This document shows, one piece after another, positions 9,003-18,924 of a stretch of 64,000 bases of DNA. The notes below the pieces were generated by a model. It made no database searches. It was not told the DNA's origin and was given only the letters and a program-made list of their open reading frames with translations. Where the stretch lies: assembly GCA_963783575.1 (NCBI GenBank), contig CAWAOD010000011.1, positions 256,001 through 320,000 on the forward strand, read 5' to 3'. The stretch comes from an uncultured Spirochaetota bacterium. Its GTDB lineage: Bacteria; Spirochaetota; Brevinematia; Brevinematales; JAOACQ01. The translations under genes were made by a program, and so were the position numbers. Each line of letters begins with the position of its first letter. Position 1 is the stretch's first letter.

Positions 9003-11009
9003 ATGGAAAAAATAATCATGTCAATACTGGCTGATTTGTATGAAATTGATCCCGGGTTGAGAGACAGGGAGGAAGATTTGAAAAACGCAATTGCAGAAAT
9101 ACTGGCCAATAAGCCGGATGTAAAGATTGATAAAAATTTTAAAGCAAAATTGAAGGCGGAACTATTAAACAGGTTAGGGCAGACGGTAAAGAAGAGGAGA
9201 CTTTTTGCTCTCGCCTGGATATCAAACATCGCTGTTAGAAGGGTTCTCGGTGTATTGCTCGCCGGTATGATTGCGGCGGTTCTTTTCGTTTATTTTAATC
9301 CATATAAGGTAAAATCAGCCGGGGAAAAATACCAGCCTCCCAGACCGGTACCCGAAATGCAAAAATCGGAACAAAAACCGGCGATAAGCGCCAAACAGCC
9401 GGTAAACATAAAGCGCAACACTTTGGATATGAGTATTAAAGAAAATGAAGCCGGAGATATGAAGCAAAAAGAGATTTTACAGGAAGAACAGGTTGTGAAC
9501 TCTGCGGCAGCCGGGAAAAAGGATTCGGAAGTTTATCCGAAAGAAGCACCGCCTTCAGGCTTATCCATCAATGCCCGTTACAATTCAAATGATTGGAATA
9601 CCGAATCTTACAATAGAATTACGGAGAATAATTTCAAAGAAGTTATTAAAGAGCCTCTTTCGACTTTATCGATCGATGTTGACACTGCTTCCTACGCGAA
9701 TATCCGCCGTTTTATTCAGGAAGGTTCTTTGCCGAACCCTGATGCAGTTAGGATTGAAGAGATGGTTAATTATTTCACATATCATTATGATGAACCCAAA
9801 GGGAGCGACCCCTTCTCATTCCATACCGAGCTTTCCGGTTGTCCATGGAACCCGTCGAATCAGCTTCTTTTGATTGGAATGCAGGCAAAAAAGGTCGATT
9901 TAAAAGATCTGCCGCCGAATAACCTGGTATTTTTGATCGATGTATCGGGTTCGATGGATGAACCGAATAAACTGCCGCTTATCAAATCTGGCTTGAAGCT
10001 TCTGGTCAATGAAATGAGGCCTCAGGACAGGATTTCGATTGTTGTCTATGCAGGGGCCGCAGGCATAGTTCTGGAACCTACACCGGGCAGCAATAAGAAA
10101 AAGATCCTGGATGCTCTGGAAAATCTTGAGGCCGGCGGATCGACTGCCGGCGGCGAAGGCCTGGCACTTGCTTATAAAACCGCAGAAAAAAATTATCATT
10201 CCGGGGTAAATAACAGGATCATACTTGCAACGGACGGGGATTTTAATGTCGGGGCTTCTTCCGATGCAGATATGACAAGGCTGGTTGAAAAAGAACGGGA
10301 CAAAGGGATTTATATAACCGTGCTCGGATTCGGAATGGGCAATTACAAGGATTCGAAAATGGAAAGTATAGCCGACAAAGGCAACGGAAATTACGCTTAC
10401 ATAGACTCGCTTCTTGAAGCCAGGAAGGTTCTGGTGAGCCAGATGGGCGGAACGCTGTTTACCGTGGCAAAAGACGTTAAACTGCAGATTGAGTTTAATC
10501 CCGGAATTATTAAAGAATACCGCCTGATTGGATATGAAGACAGAATTATGCCTAATGAGGATTTCAGCAATGATAAAAAGGACGCCGGGGAACTTGGAGC
10601 CGGGCATACTGTAACCGCGCTGTATGAGCTTGTTTTATCCGATGGAAAAACTTCCGGAAACGAGTTGAAATATCAAAAAGTGGAAGTCAAAAAAGAAGCG
10701 CTTGAAAACAAAGAATTAATGACAATCAAATTCCGCTATAAAAAGCCCGGTGAAGATGTAAGCAGGCTTTTAACATATCCTGTAAAATATGATCCCATGC
10801 CCATTACCGGCACAAGCGGCGATTTCAGGTTTGCGGCCGCCGTAGCGGAATGGGGGCTAATCCTGAGGAATTCGGAGTTTAAAGCAAAAGCCGGCTACAG
10901 CCAGGTGTTTGATCTGGCTAAGGACGCGCTGGGCAAAGATGAGGAAGGCTACAGGGTTGAGTTTTTAAACCTTGTTAAAAAGTCTGAACAAATGAGCGGA
11001 AATAAGTAA
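9003..11009 (+). CDS. YfbK-like von Willebrand factor A domain protein with an N-terminal anti-sigma-like domain and TM helix
   Basis: STLSIDVDTASY, MIDAS motif DVSGS, TDGDFNVG, YRLIGYE, DAGELGAGH. Confidence 0.88.
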   Translation: MEKIIMSILADLYEIDPGLRDREEDLKNAIAEILANKPDVKIDKNFKAKLKAELLNRLGQTVKKRRLFALAWISNIAVRRVLGVLLAGMIAAVLFVYFNPYKVKSAGEKYQPPRPVPEMQKSEQKPAISAKQPVNIKRNTLDMSIKENEAGDMKQKEILQEEQVVNSAAAGKKDSEVYPKEAPPSGLSINARYNSNDWNTESYNRITENNFKEVIKEPLSTLSIDVDTASYANIRRFIQEGSLPNPDAVRIEEMVNYFTYHYDEPKGSDPFSFHTELSGCPWNPSNQLLLIGMQAKKVDLKDLPPNNLVFLIDVSGSMDEPNKLPLIKSGLKLLVNEMRPQDRISIVVYAGAAGIVLEPTPGSNKKKILDALENLEAGGSTAGGEGLALAYKTAEKNYHSGVNNRIILATDGDFNVGASSDADMTRLVEKERDKGIYITVLGFGMGNYKDSKMESIADKGNGNYAYIDSLLEARKVLVSQMGGTLFTVAKDVKLQIEFNPGIIKEYRLIGYEDRIMPNEDFSNDKKDAGELGAGHTVTALYELVLSDGKTSGNELKYQKVEVKKEALENKELMTIKFRYKKPGEDVSRLLTYPVKYDPMPITGTSGDFRFAAAVAEWGLILRNSEFKAKAGYSQVFDLAKDALGKDEEGYRVEFLNLVKKSEQMSGNK

Positions 11010-11019
11010 ATCATTTTGA

Positions 11020-11057
11020 TCCGGCAGTTTCAATCCAGAGGGTTGAAGACTGCCGGA
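11020..11057. terminator. Hairpin terminator between convergent genes
   Basis: TCCGGCAGTTTCAATCC / GGGTTGAAGACTGCCGGA. Confidence 0.65.
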
Positions 11058-11068
11058 AAATAATTAAT

Positions 11069-11260
11069 TCAAAGAATCTCCTGGACTCTTCCGATCTGGC
11101 CGTCCTGGAGCCTTACTTTGATTCCCCTTGAATGAAACGGCGAGCTTGTCAGAATATCCTTAACCGTTCCTCTTGTGAGTTTACCGCTTCTCTGGTCCTT
11201 TTTCAGCACAATATTGACATCGGTTCCTGGTTTAATATCATTTCTATTCCTGCCATCCAT
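11069..11260 (-). CDS. YwbE family protein (DUF2196)
   Basis: VLKKDQRSGKLTRGTVKDILT...HSRGIKVRLQDGQIGRVQEI. Confidence 0.9.
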   Translation of the reverse strand: MDGRNRNDIKPGTDVNIVLKKDQRSGKLTRGTVKDILTSSPFHSRGIKVRLQDGQIGRVQEIL

Positions 11261-11305
11261 TTTTGTCACTCCCAACAAGCGTGCCGCTTGATCTGTTTTA
11301 TAAAT

Positions 11306-11911
11306 TTATAATTCTCCCGGTAAATTATTGATCATTTCTTTAACGTTATAATATTTCATTAATAACTCGATAACTTTACTTCCGGGATTGGCGTAAATTA
11401 ACGGGTAATCTTTTTCTCCAAGTAATTTCCTGACCGGAAAAGCAAGTTTTTCCTTGCCGATAGAAAATTGAGCGTTTACCCCGGGTTTATTTCCCCTTGC
11501 ATCAATTCTTATCCATTTTTCTTCTTTTTCAAGATAAACGGCGTTTAAGCCATGAAGCACAAGTTTTGGAAAAAGCGAGACTGAAAACCATAATTTTTGA
11601 TAGCAAAAACCGGCCGGTACGCCTTTGCAGCGCAGGATTGCCGCCAGAAGATGTGATTTGGCGTAACAGAACCCGTACCCGGTTTTGAGAACATCGGAAG
11701 CCCTGCAAACCACATTATTTCCATGGCAGTCGAGGATATGAGGAATTCTATCGCGAACAAACTCGAAGGCTTTTACGGTGAACTCTGTTTTCCCCCTTGA
11801 TTCTTTCATCAATGAATCCGCAAAACTCATTATATTTTTGTTTGTAAAATCGATAATATCTGTGTTCTTAAGGTATTCGTTTAAATAATTTGATTCCGGC
11901 AATAATTTCAT
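11306..11911 (-). CDS. Transglutaminase-like protein
   Basis: Cys-His-Asp triad motifs GFCYAKSHLLAA, LHGLNAVY, WIRIDARGN. Confidence 0.88.
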   Translation of the reverse strand: MKLLPESNYLNEYLKNTDIIDFTNKNIMSFADSLMKESRGKTEFTVKAFEFVRDRIPHILDCHGNNVVCRASDVLKTGYGFCYAKSHLLAAILRCKGVPAGFCYQKLWFSVSLFPKLVLHGLNAVYLEKEEKWIRIDARGNKPGVNAQFSIGKEKLAFPVRKLLGEKDYPLIYANPGSKVIELLMKYYNVKEMINNLPGEL

Positions 11912-11912
11912 A

Positions 11913-12881
11913 TTAACCCCTTGTTTTCAAATATTCCAGTAAGCCTTTCTGAAGATGTTCCTTACCATCCCAGACCTGTATATTATATCCTGCCGGAAAA
12001 TCCGCAGGATCTTCTCCCCTGAACGAAATTGAACGGACATCCTTCGGCAAAGCCTCGCTCATATGCCTGTCGGTACCGCCTTTTGAAATTGAAAATTTGT
12101 CCCCCCAGATTTCAATAAGTGTGCCGCTTAACATTTCATCAAACTCAAAACTGAGATAACCTGATGCTTCCCTGTTATTAAAGACATACCGGATTGCCGT
12201 TTCTTTTGATACTCCTTCCAGCGCAAAATCCAGGGCGAATTCTCCGGCAAGCCTGGGAGTTATTGGCACCCTTAATTCTTTAAACAGAGCCTCGGCTCTT
12301 TTCAGGACAGGAATTCTGAAGTCATTCAATACTTCAATGGCTGGAAAATGCAGTTTTAATGATGCTGCCTGCCCGGTTGTTAATTTATAAGAATTCACAA
12401 ACTCAAAAGTGATCTGAGGGCCCCTGTCCTCGAGCATAATGGATTGAGGATTTCCTCCTGATATTTTTATGAATTCAGGGATTTCCATAATAGGAAAAAC
12501 ATTTAACTTAAATTCCTGTATCAACTTTTGTATTATTTCACGCCAGGTATTTTTCTGCCGGGCATTAAGAATTTTATCATAAAGGCTGTAAAATGGTTTT
12601 TCAAAAAGATCGCCGCCTTTGTCAAATCCCCAGACTTCGGCTCCGCTGCAATGCCCGATCAGGATTCTGTTTCTCAATTTACTATCGATATATCCTGCAA
12701 CTCTCTGTGTAATATTGCTGACACTCTGTCCCGATATCAAAAACAACCTTATGCCTTCCTCAAGAAGTTTTTGAAGTTCGCTAATCATTTCACTATCAGC
12801 TTTAATATATAATCCAGCTATAGTTTCATCAACATCGGAAATAATCAAACGGACAATTTTGTTCCACCGGATCCGGCTCAT
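11913..12881 (-). CDS. HAD-superfamily (IIB-like) hydrolase
   Basis: Motif I SDVDETI, ISG, GVSK, WGDKF...GGTD. Confidence 0.7.
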   Translation of the reverse strand: MSRIRWNKIVRLIISDVDETIAGLYIKADSEMISELQKLLEEGIRLFLISGQSVSNITQRVAGYIDSKLRNRILIGHCSGAEVWGFDKGGDLFEKPFYSLYDKILNARQKNTWREIIQKLIQEFKLNVFPIMEIPEFIKISGGNPQSIMLEDRGPQITFEFVNSYKLTTGQAASLKLHFPAIEVLNDFRIPVLKRAEALFKELRVPITPRLAGEFALDFALEGVSKETAIRYVFNNREASGYLSFEFDEMLSGTLIEIWGDKFSISKGGTDRHMSEALPKDVRSISFRGEDPADFPAGYNIQVWDGKEHLQKGLLEYLKTRG

Positions 12882-13055
12882 ATATTTTCCTTAATCTAGA
12901 AAGGTTATAATTATAGCAATAATGTTTATTTAAGGGAAATTTGCGGTTAAAATCGGGTTATTTATTCAATTTCAGATTTATAAATAAGTTTGTTTCTTGA
13001 ATAATTGTTGTACTTCCGGTTATAATATTAATAATGCTATTAAAAGGGGATATCT

Positions 13056-13748
13056 ATGAATAGAATATTTTTTACCGGAACTATATCTATTATTATATTT
13101 TTCATCGCGATTTCGGCTGCTGTTCCGGAAGATAAACCGCAGTTACCGCCGTTGGATTATTTGAAGGATATAAGGATTAAAACACTGGGCAATCTTCCTG
13201 ATAACTTCACCGGTGTATTGTTCGGTGTTAATATAACGAATAAATTGGCAAGCATACCGAAAGATTCGTATTTGGATAAAAATAAAAAAATATTTGTTGA
13301 GATTCGGTATGATAAAGTCAGCGGAATATCCATAATTGTCCAGAATGTTGATGAATTGTACAGGGATTTGTATAAAGACCTTTCCAAGCAGTTTTTTGCT
13401 TTTGATTTGATTTTATCGTCCCAAAGCAACGATTCTTTTCTGGATAAATATGATGTATCATATAACAATAACAATGAATCGACTGTTGTTTTAAAATTAA
13501 ACGTTAAGCAGGCTGAAAATGCTCTCCTGTTATACATAAATTCAAAAAATAATCAGATTATAAGAGTGGATTATTTGCTGGGCAAAGATATATTGAGTTC
13601 AACCATTGTTTCATTCGGCCAATACCGATCCGGGAATATAATATACTTTATTCCCGATAAATTTATTACAAAAGTTTTAAACAATTCCAGAGAAACTAAG
13701 CCGGAAATTCTCGATATAATCGGTATAAAAATTAAACCGGAAAAATAA
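13056..13748 (+). CDS. Exported hypothetical protein
   Basis: 230-aa ORF with an AGGGG RBS and a signal-peptide-like N-terminus. Confidence 0.7.
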   Translation: MNRIFFTGTISIIIFFIAISAAVPEDKPQLPPLDYLKDIRIKTLGNLPDNFTGVLFGVNITNKLASIPKDSYLDKNKKIFVEIRYDKVSGISIIVQNVDELYRDLYKDLSKQFFAFDLILSSQSNDSFLDKYDVSYNNNNESTVVLKLNVKQAENALLLYINSKNNQIIRVDYLLGKDILSSTIVSFGQYRSGNIIYFIPDKFITKVLNNSRETKPEILDIIGIKIKPEK

Positions 13749-13764
13749 TTGTACGAAGTTCCTT

Positions 13765-14000
13765 TTATGTTTTATCAGTGTTGGAAGCATTTGACCTTGA
13801 TAAAAGAGGTTTGACGGAAAATAGAAATACAAACGGCAGTACTTCTGCGATAGAAACCTTTTTTTATATTTAAACAATATTCTATAAAAGCTTAAAAATA
13901 AACTTCCATAATATACGAATAGCCCTGTTATTCCAAATGCCGAGAGGATCTGTAAAAAACCTGATTCAGGTACCCTTATTATTCCCATATTGAAAATATC
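13765..14000 (-). pseudogene. Remnant of a paralog of the Wzy-like gene (C-terminal part only, with an internal deletion/frameshift)
   Basis: IFNMGIIRVPESGFLQIL...YRILFKYK and EVLPFVFLFS..PLL match the C-terminus of 15385-16788. Confidence 0.8.
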
Positions 14001-14057
14001 AATTGAGTAAAAGAATACTTTTTTAAAGCATAAAAACAGCCTTTAAAAAATTTACCA

Positions 14058-15137
14058 TTAAAGCGAAGAATTTTTAAAAATTTCTATTATCTGATTTGAA
14101 AATATTTTCGGATCATCAGTGATAAAAAGGTTCTTGTCATCGATACCTTCGGCGCCAACTGATGTCGAAACAACCGGTAATCCAGCCTCAAGATATTCCA
14201 GAACTTTTACTTTAATTCCGGCTCCAAATCGCAATGGAGCAATTGCTACCTCGCATTTTTCGAAATACTCCATCGGATTTTCAACATAACCGGTAATAAA
14301 GATATGTTCCGATTTTAAATCCGAAATTTTCCTGGATGGAGTTGTACCGACGACATATAAAATAGAATCAGGCTGAACGCTTAAAACATGTATAAAAATC
14401 TTTTTTGAAAACCATAAAATCGCATCAATATTTTCCCTTCGATTCATAGCGCCCCAGAATAATATACTGTTTTTCTGGACTTTATTTCTTTTTACATATT
14501 TTAAAAACGGATTAACATAAGGATTAATAACTGTTATTTTGGAATCCGCTACACCTTCTTTTAAAAGCAGTTTTTTATCCTTGGAATTATGAACAAGAAT
14601 CTTATCGGATAGTGCAAGAACATGCAGTTCCCATTTCTTTTGCCGGAGATATTCCATTTTCAAAAAAATTTTATTAATTCCTTTAGATAAAAGGTACTTT
14701 CTTTCCGAAGATTGGTAAGTAATATCATGTTCGCTTATTACTTTTAAACAATTTTGATGAATAAAATCGATATAATATGCAGATGATGTGTACTCGAAAT
14801 GTATCAGATCGAATTTAATTCTGTTTTGAAGATCCTTTACTATCTTTACTACCTGTAAATTTGCCCTGAAGACCGTATTTAAGGGAAAAAATAAATTTTT
14901 TATCAGGCCGATAAATCTTTTAATATTATCAACCTTAAAATGATATGTTTCCATACAAAATTTAAAATCTTCTTTATCAAAATATTTATTTTCAATTTCA
15001 TTAACAAAAGTAATGAAATAAATATTATACTCATCTTTATAGCTTTCCAGAATGTCTCTGGCGGTCTTCTGGCCTGCCTGAGGGACTTTATAAGAAGGAA
15101 GATGCGCTGATATATAAAGCAAATTTTTCTTATCCAT
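14058..15137 (-). CDS. Glycosyltransferase family 4
   Basis: IAPLRFGAGIKVKVLEYLEAGLPVVSTSVGAEG. Confidence 0.9.
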   Translation of the reverse strand: MDKKNLLYISAHLPSYKVPQAGQKTARDILESYKDEYNIYFITFVNEIENKYFDKEDFKFCMETYHFKVDNIKRFIGLIKNLFFPLNTVFRANLQVVKIVKDLQNRIKFDLIHFEYTSSAYYIDFIHQNCLKVISEHDITYQSSERKYLLSKGINKIFLKMEYLRQKKWELHVLALSDKILVHNSKDKKLLLKEGVADSKITVINPYVNPFLKYVKRNKVQKNSILFWGAMNRRENIDAILWFSKKIFIHVLSVQPDSILYVVGTTPSRKISDLKSEHIFITGYVENPMEYFEKCEVAIAPLRFGAGIKVKVLEYLEAGLPVVSTSVGAEGIDDKNLFITDDPKIFSNQIIEIFKNSSL

Positions 15138-15173
15138 AAAAAATTAGCTCCTGATGCTTCTAGTGCCAAATAA

Positions 15174-15202
15174 ATTATGACTGATTTTTTATATGTTGTA
15201 AA
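15174..15202 (-). promoter_or_regulatory. Sigma70-type promoter, copy 1 of a duplicated element
   Basis: TTTACA-17 nt-CATAAT, near-identical to 16836-16864. Confidence 0.6.
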
Positions 15203-15384
15203 TAAATATGGTCATTGCTATTTTTAATTTTGATTATAATTAAATTTATAAAGAATTATTCCCTTATCTATTCTAGTATAATAATCCGTTTCATTGATAA
15301 TTTTTTTATTTATGATCTCTGGATAATCCGGTATTTTGCCGGATACCGGATAAAACAAATTGCTGATTTTTCTTAAGCCATAGA

Positions 15385-16788
15385 TTAAATTTCTTTTTTC
15401 GCTAATAACGGAAGCAGAGAAAAGAGAAATACAAAAGGGAGCACTTCTGTAGATTGATAAAATAAAGTTTGTATTATAACTCCCAATAATGCGAAAGAAA
15501 GGAGTTTTTCTTTGTAAATAAAACAAATTCTAAAAAAGCTGAAAAATAGCGCACAATAATAGCTTATTAAGCCCAATATGCCATAACCGGTAAGTATCTG
15601 AAGAAATCCGGATTCCGGTACCCTTACGATTCCCATATTGAAAATATTCCCCGAATGAAGGATATTAAGTGTGATATTTGTAAAAGCGCCGGTATATTCG
15701 CCAAAGATCATATTTGTCTTAAAATATAATTTAATTATGGTGTTCCAGACTTGTAACCTTCCTAAATTACCAGTATCCTTAAAAGCAAAAATTCTTTCAA
15801 ATAATGCTTTGAGAAAAAAAGATATATTCTTTGAAGAAAAAATTATAGCAATAAATATGATGAAAGCAATCATTAATATTGGTATGTATACTATTACAAT
15901 CTTTTTCCAATTAATAATTTTAACTTTCTTTCCGATTGATTCTGGCAATGTATCTAGCCTTTTGAAATTTTGATCGAAGTGTTCAGGCTTTAATACTTCA
16001 TTGATATTTCCAGAGGATTCATTATTGGATTTTCTAGAATTAATTAATAATATAAAGTAATTATAAATATACAATAGTAAAATAGTTAAAGTGATTACAA
16101 TACCTGATCGTGAAAAAGCAAAAAATGGGACACAGAGGAAAATCAAGCCTATGATTTGAATAACATGGTTTTTAATAAAACGTATTGTTATTACACCAAA
16201 AATCGGCATTAAAATAGGATAGTGGAGCATACTTCCGGTAATCGAAGCAGGCCTTATTAAACTTATACTTCCATAATGATGGCTGTGCCCGGGTAATCCA
16301 TAATCGTATATCATATCATGAAAGTTCCTGTAAAAGAATTTAAAATGAAGGAGATCGAATTGTTCTATGACTCCAGTAATAAAAAGGATTAAACCGATTG
16401 AAAACAATGCCCAGACCATAGAATTAATTATATCGATATTTTTTATCCGTATAATATTCATCAGAATAAATATTGAAAAAAGAAAAACTATGACTAATGA
16501 AAAAATAACCGTTTCATTATATGAATGAAATTTAATGATTGTGATCATACTGCTGATAATGACGGAAATATAAAAAATAACTAATAATAAAATGAATGTT
16601 TTATTTTCTTTTTTGAATGACAATTGAGACTGTGTTATCAGAAATATTAAAAAGAAAATAACTGCCATAGTCTGAATAATATATGGCAGATATTTTCCAA
16701 TAAAAAAAAGCTGGAACAATCCTCTGGAAAATATTAACAAAAAAATAAATGATAATAAACAATAATATAAATTCTTTTTCTTAAGCAT
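15385..16788 (-). CDS. O-antigen polymerase/ligase-like (Wzy/WaaL) membrane protein
   Basis: Multi-TM protein with RPASITGS, FSRSG, R..VW and PESGFLQIL..YGILG, inside a polysaccharide cluster. Confidence 0.7.
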   Translation of the reverse strand: MLKKKNLYYCLLSFIFLLIFSRGLFQLFFIGKYLPYIIQTMAVIFFLIFLITQSQLSFKKENKTFILLLVIFYISVIISSMITIIKFHSYNETVIFSLVIVFLFSIFILMNIIRIKNIDIINSMVWALFSIGLILFITGVIEQFDLLHFKFFYRNFHDMIYDYGLPGHSHHYGSISLIRPASITGSMLHYPILMPIFGVITIRFIKNHVIQIIGLIFLCVPFFAFSRSGIVITLTILLLYIYNYFILLINSRKSNNESSGNINEVLKPEHFDQNFKRLDTLPESIGKKVKIINWKKIVIVYIPILMIAFIIFIAIIFSSKNISFFLKALFERIFAFKDTGNLGRLQVWNTIIKLYFKTNMIFGEYTGAFTNITLNILHSGNIFNMGIVRVPESGFLQILTGYGILGLISYYCALFFSFFRICFIYKEKLLSFALLGVIIQTLFYQSTEVLPFVFLFSLLPLLAKKEI

Positions 16789-16835
16789 ATCAGAAACCTT
16801 AATCGAGATTTGAACTTGACATCGAAGTTCCGAAA

Positions 16836-16864
16836 ATTATGACTGATTTTTCTAATGTTGTAAA
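16836..16864 (-). promoter_or_regulatory. Sigma70-type promoter, copy 2 of a duplicated element
   Basis: TTTACA-17 nt-CATAAT. Confidence 0.6.
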
Positions 16865-16914
16865 TTAATTTGGTAATAATTATTTGGAATGGTAACGGGC
16901 ATGGCCTCACTAAA

Positions 16915-17935
16915 TTATTTTATTTTTATGCTATTAATCAGATTCAACCATTTATTTTTAAAATTCTTAAATGAATGATGATCAGAAACATATTGAACCG
17001 CTCTTTTTGAAAAGTTATCTCTATCTTTATCAACTATATTTATTGCTTTAATATAATTTTCTATTGAAGAACTACTCCATCCTTCAACAACAAATTCCGG
17101 GATCTCTTTTTTTAAATCCGGCCCGATGCCGACATTGCTCATCAAAACCGGAAGTCCGCAGGCCATCGCTTCAAGAGCAACAAGCCCGCAGCTTTCGAAA
17201 CGGCTGGGGAAAATAAGGGCTTTATAAGAATTATAAATCTCGGGTAGTTTTGAATATGGAGTTTCAGGGGTCCATCCGAAGATTGAACCCGGGTTTTGAT
17301 TTGTCACACAATCAATTTTTATTCCTTTTTCTGAAAGCTTTTTCAATATGTCAAAACCTTTGGCGTAAAATTCATATCTTCCAACAAAAAGATATTTGTT
17401 ATTTATCTTAATGCCTGGTATCGGTTTAAATAATTCCTGATTTATACAGTTATCTATAACATAATCTACCTTAATTCCCTGCTTATCCAGGAAAGGTCTT
17501 AAAAATTCGGATACAGATACGACATATTTTCCTTTAGAAGCCGCATTCTGGATAAACATGCCTTTGGTAAAACCAGCGTAATTCTCTAAGGCTCAAGCCC
17601 TTCCTGGTATAATTTCTATAACCAAGCGAGGAATAATGAAATAAAATTATGCACTTCGGATGCCGGATTCCCCAACCCCATTCGCCATTACATATCAAAA
17701 GGTCGTATTTTTTTCTTAAAGAATTAAAATATAAAGAAGTGAGGTATGGTGTTCCAATTATTTTTTTAAGGAGATTATTTCCATTTATTGTTAGTCCGTC
17801 TTCAATTGTAATCCAATCTACCCGGTGCTTTTCACTTTCCAGAATATCTTTTAGGGTTTTGGATATCGTTTCGGCTCCACCCGCTGAATTTCTATAACCG
17901 CCGATTATAGCAATATTCATATTATTTTTATCCAT
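16915..17935 (-). pseudogene. Glycosyltransferase family 4, frameshifted near 17585
   Basis: N-half (IAIIGG...GGAE) and C-half (FPSRFESCGLVALEAMACGLP) lie in different overlapping frames. Confidence 0.8.
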
Positions 17936-18924
17936 AAATTTTTCAAGAAAAGCCAAATTATTTTTATATTGAAAAAAATATTTGAGAAATTTTGATAAAG
18001 GCCTTCCTTTGAAATAAATTTAAATATAAATTCTTTTTTTGATAATATCAGGTTATTTTTATAATTTTCAAGGTTCCCGGATGAAAAACTATTAAAAGCG
18101 GCCGTTAGATATCCATTGGATTTTCTTTTATGATATTCTTTCAAGGTACTTTTATCAATATCTTTCGGATAATTTAATAAATAATCATCAATCACATGAA
18201 AAACTACCGGCAATTCCTGATTTTTCCTCCACATACCGGAACCGATTACACTTTCCCTTCGGTAATTTAAGAGATATTCATCAATAATGCAAAGATCATA
18301 GCCATTGTGCAGAATCCGCAGCCACATATCAAGGTCTTCATTTGACCGGTATTTATCGCTGAAATATCCGGCCTTTGCGAAAATATCTTTCCTGGTCATA
18401 AATGTCGGGCAAGAAATCAGATTATCGTTTGCCATAAATAAGGGGAGATATTTGCTTAATCCGCCAAAATAAAAATTATCTTTCTTTTTTAATACAGCAT
18501 CGTATTGCCGGTAATCCAAAAGCTTAAATTGTCCGGGCTCTTTAAAAAACTCTTTTCTTTTAGTAAAAACACCCCTGGTATTTTCATGGTTTAACAAAAC
18601 TTTTAATTCTTTTTCAACAATACTAGGTTCATAAATGTCGTCGGCATGGTAGATAGCCAGAATATCAGAAGAAGCCATTCCAATCAGTTTGTTTACATTG
18701 CCAGCGAATCCTATGTTTTTTTCATTTTTAAAGTATTTTATTCTATTATCTTCTTTCATGCACTGTTTTACAATTACTTCCGAATTATCAGTTGATGCAT
18801 TATCGGAAACGAGAATTTCGATTTGCCTATATGTTTGATTCATAATACTTCTTAGTGTAGTTCCAATATATTTACCGGTATTGAAAACCGGCATACAAAC
18901 GGAAACTTGTAAATTTTCTATCAT
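17917..18924 (-). CDS. Glycosyltransferase family 2
   Basis: VSVCMPVFN, DNASTD, HADD, EDLDMWLR. Confidence 0.92.
   Translation of the reverse strand: MIENLQVSVCMPVFNTGKYIGTTLRSIMNQTYRQIEILVSDNASTDNSEVIVKQCMKEDNRIKYFKNEKNIGFAGNVNKLIGMASSDILAIYHADDIYEPSIVEKELKVLLNHENTRGVFTKRKEFFKEPGQFKLLDYRQYDAVLKKKDNFYFGGLSKYLPLFMANDNLISCPTFMTRKDIFAKAGYFSDKYRSNEDLDMWLRILHNGYDLCIIDEYLLNYRRESVIGSGMWRKNQELPVVFHVIDDYLLNYPKDIDKSTLKEYHKRKSNGYLTAAFNSFSSGNLENYKNNLILSKKEFIFKFISKEGLYQNFSNIFFNIKIIWLFLKNLWIKII

Noticed and set aside
9900..10607. 235-aa minus-strand ORF
   Set aside because: Lies entirely antisense to the well-supported vWA gene and has no recognisable motifs.
15224..15384. Possible C-terminal remnant of another gene after the Wzy-like gene
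   Set aside because: Open frame but no recognisable homology by eye, so it cannot be supported.
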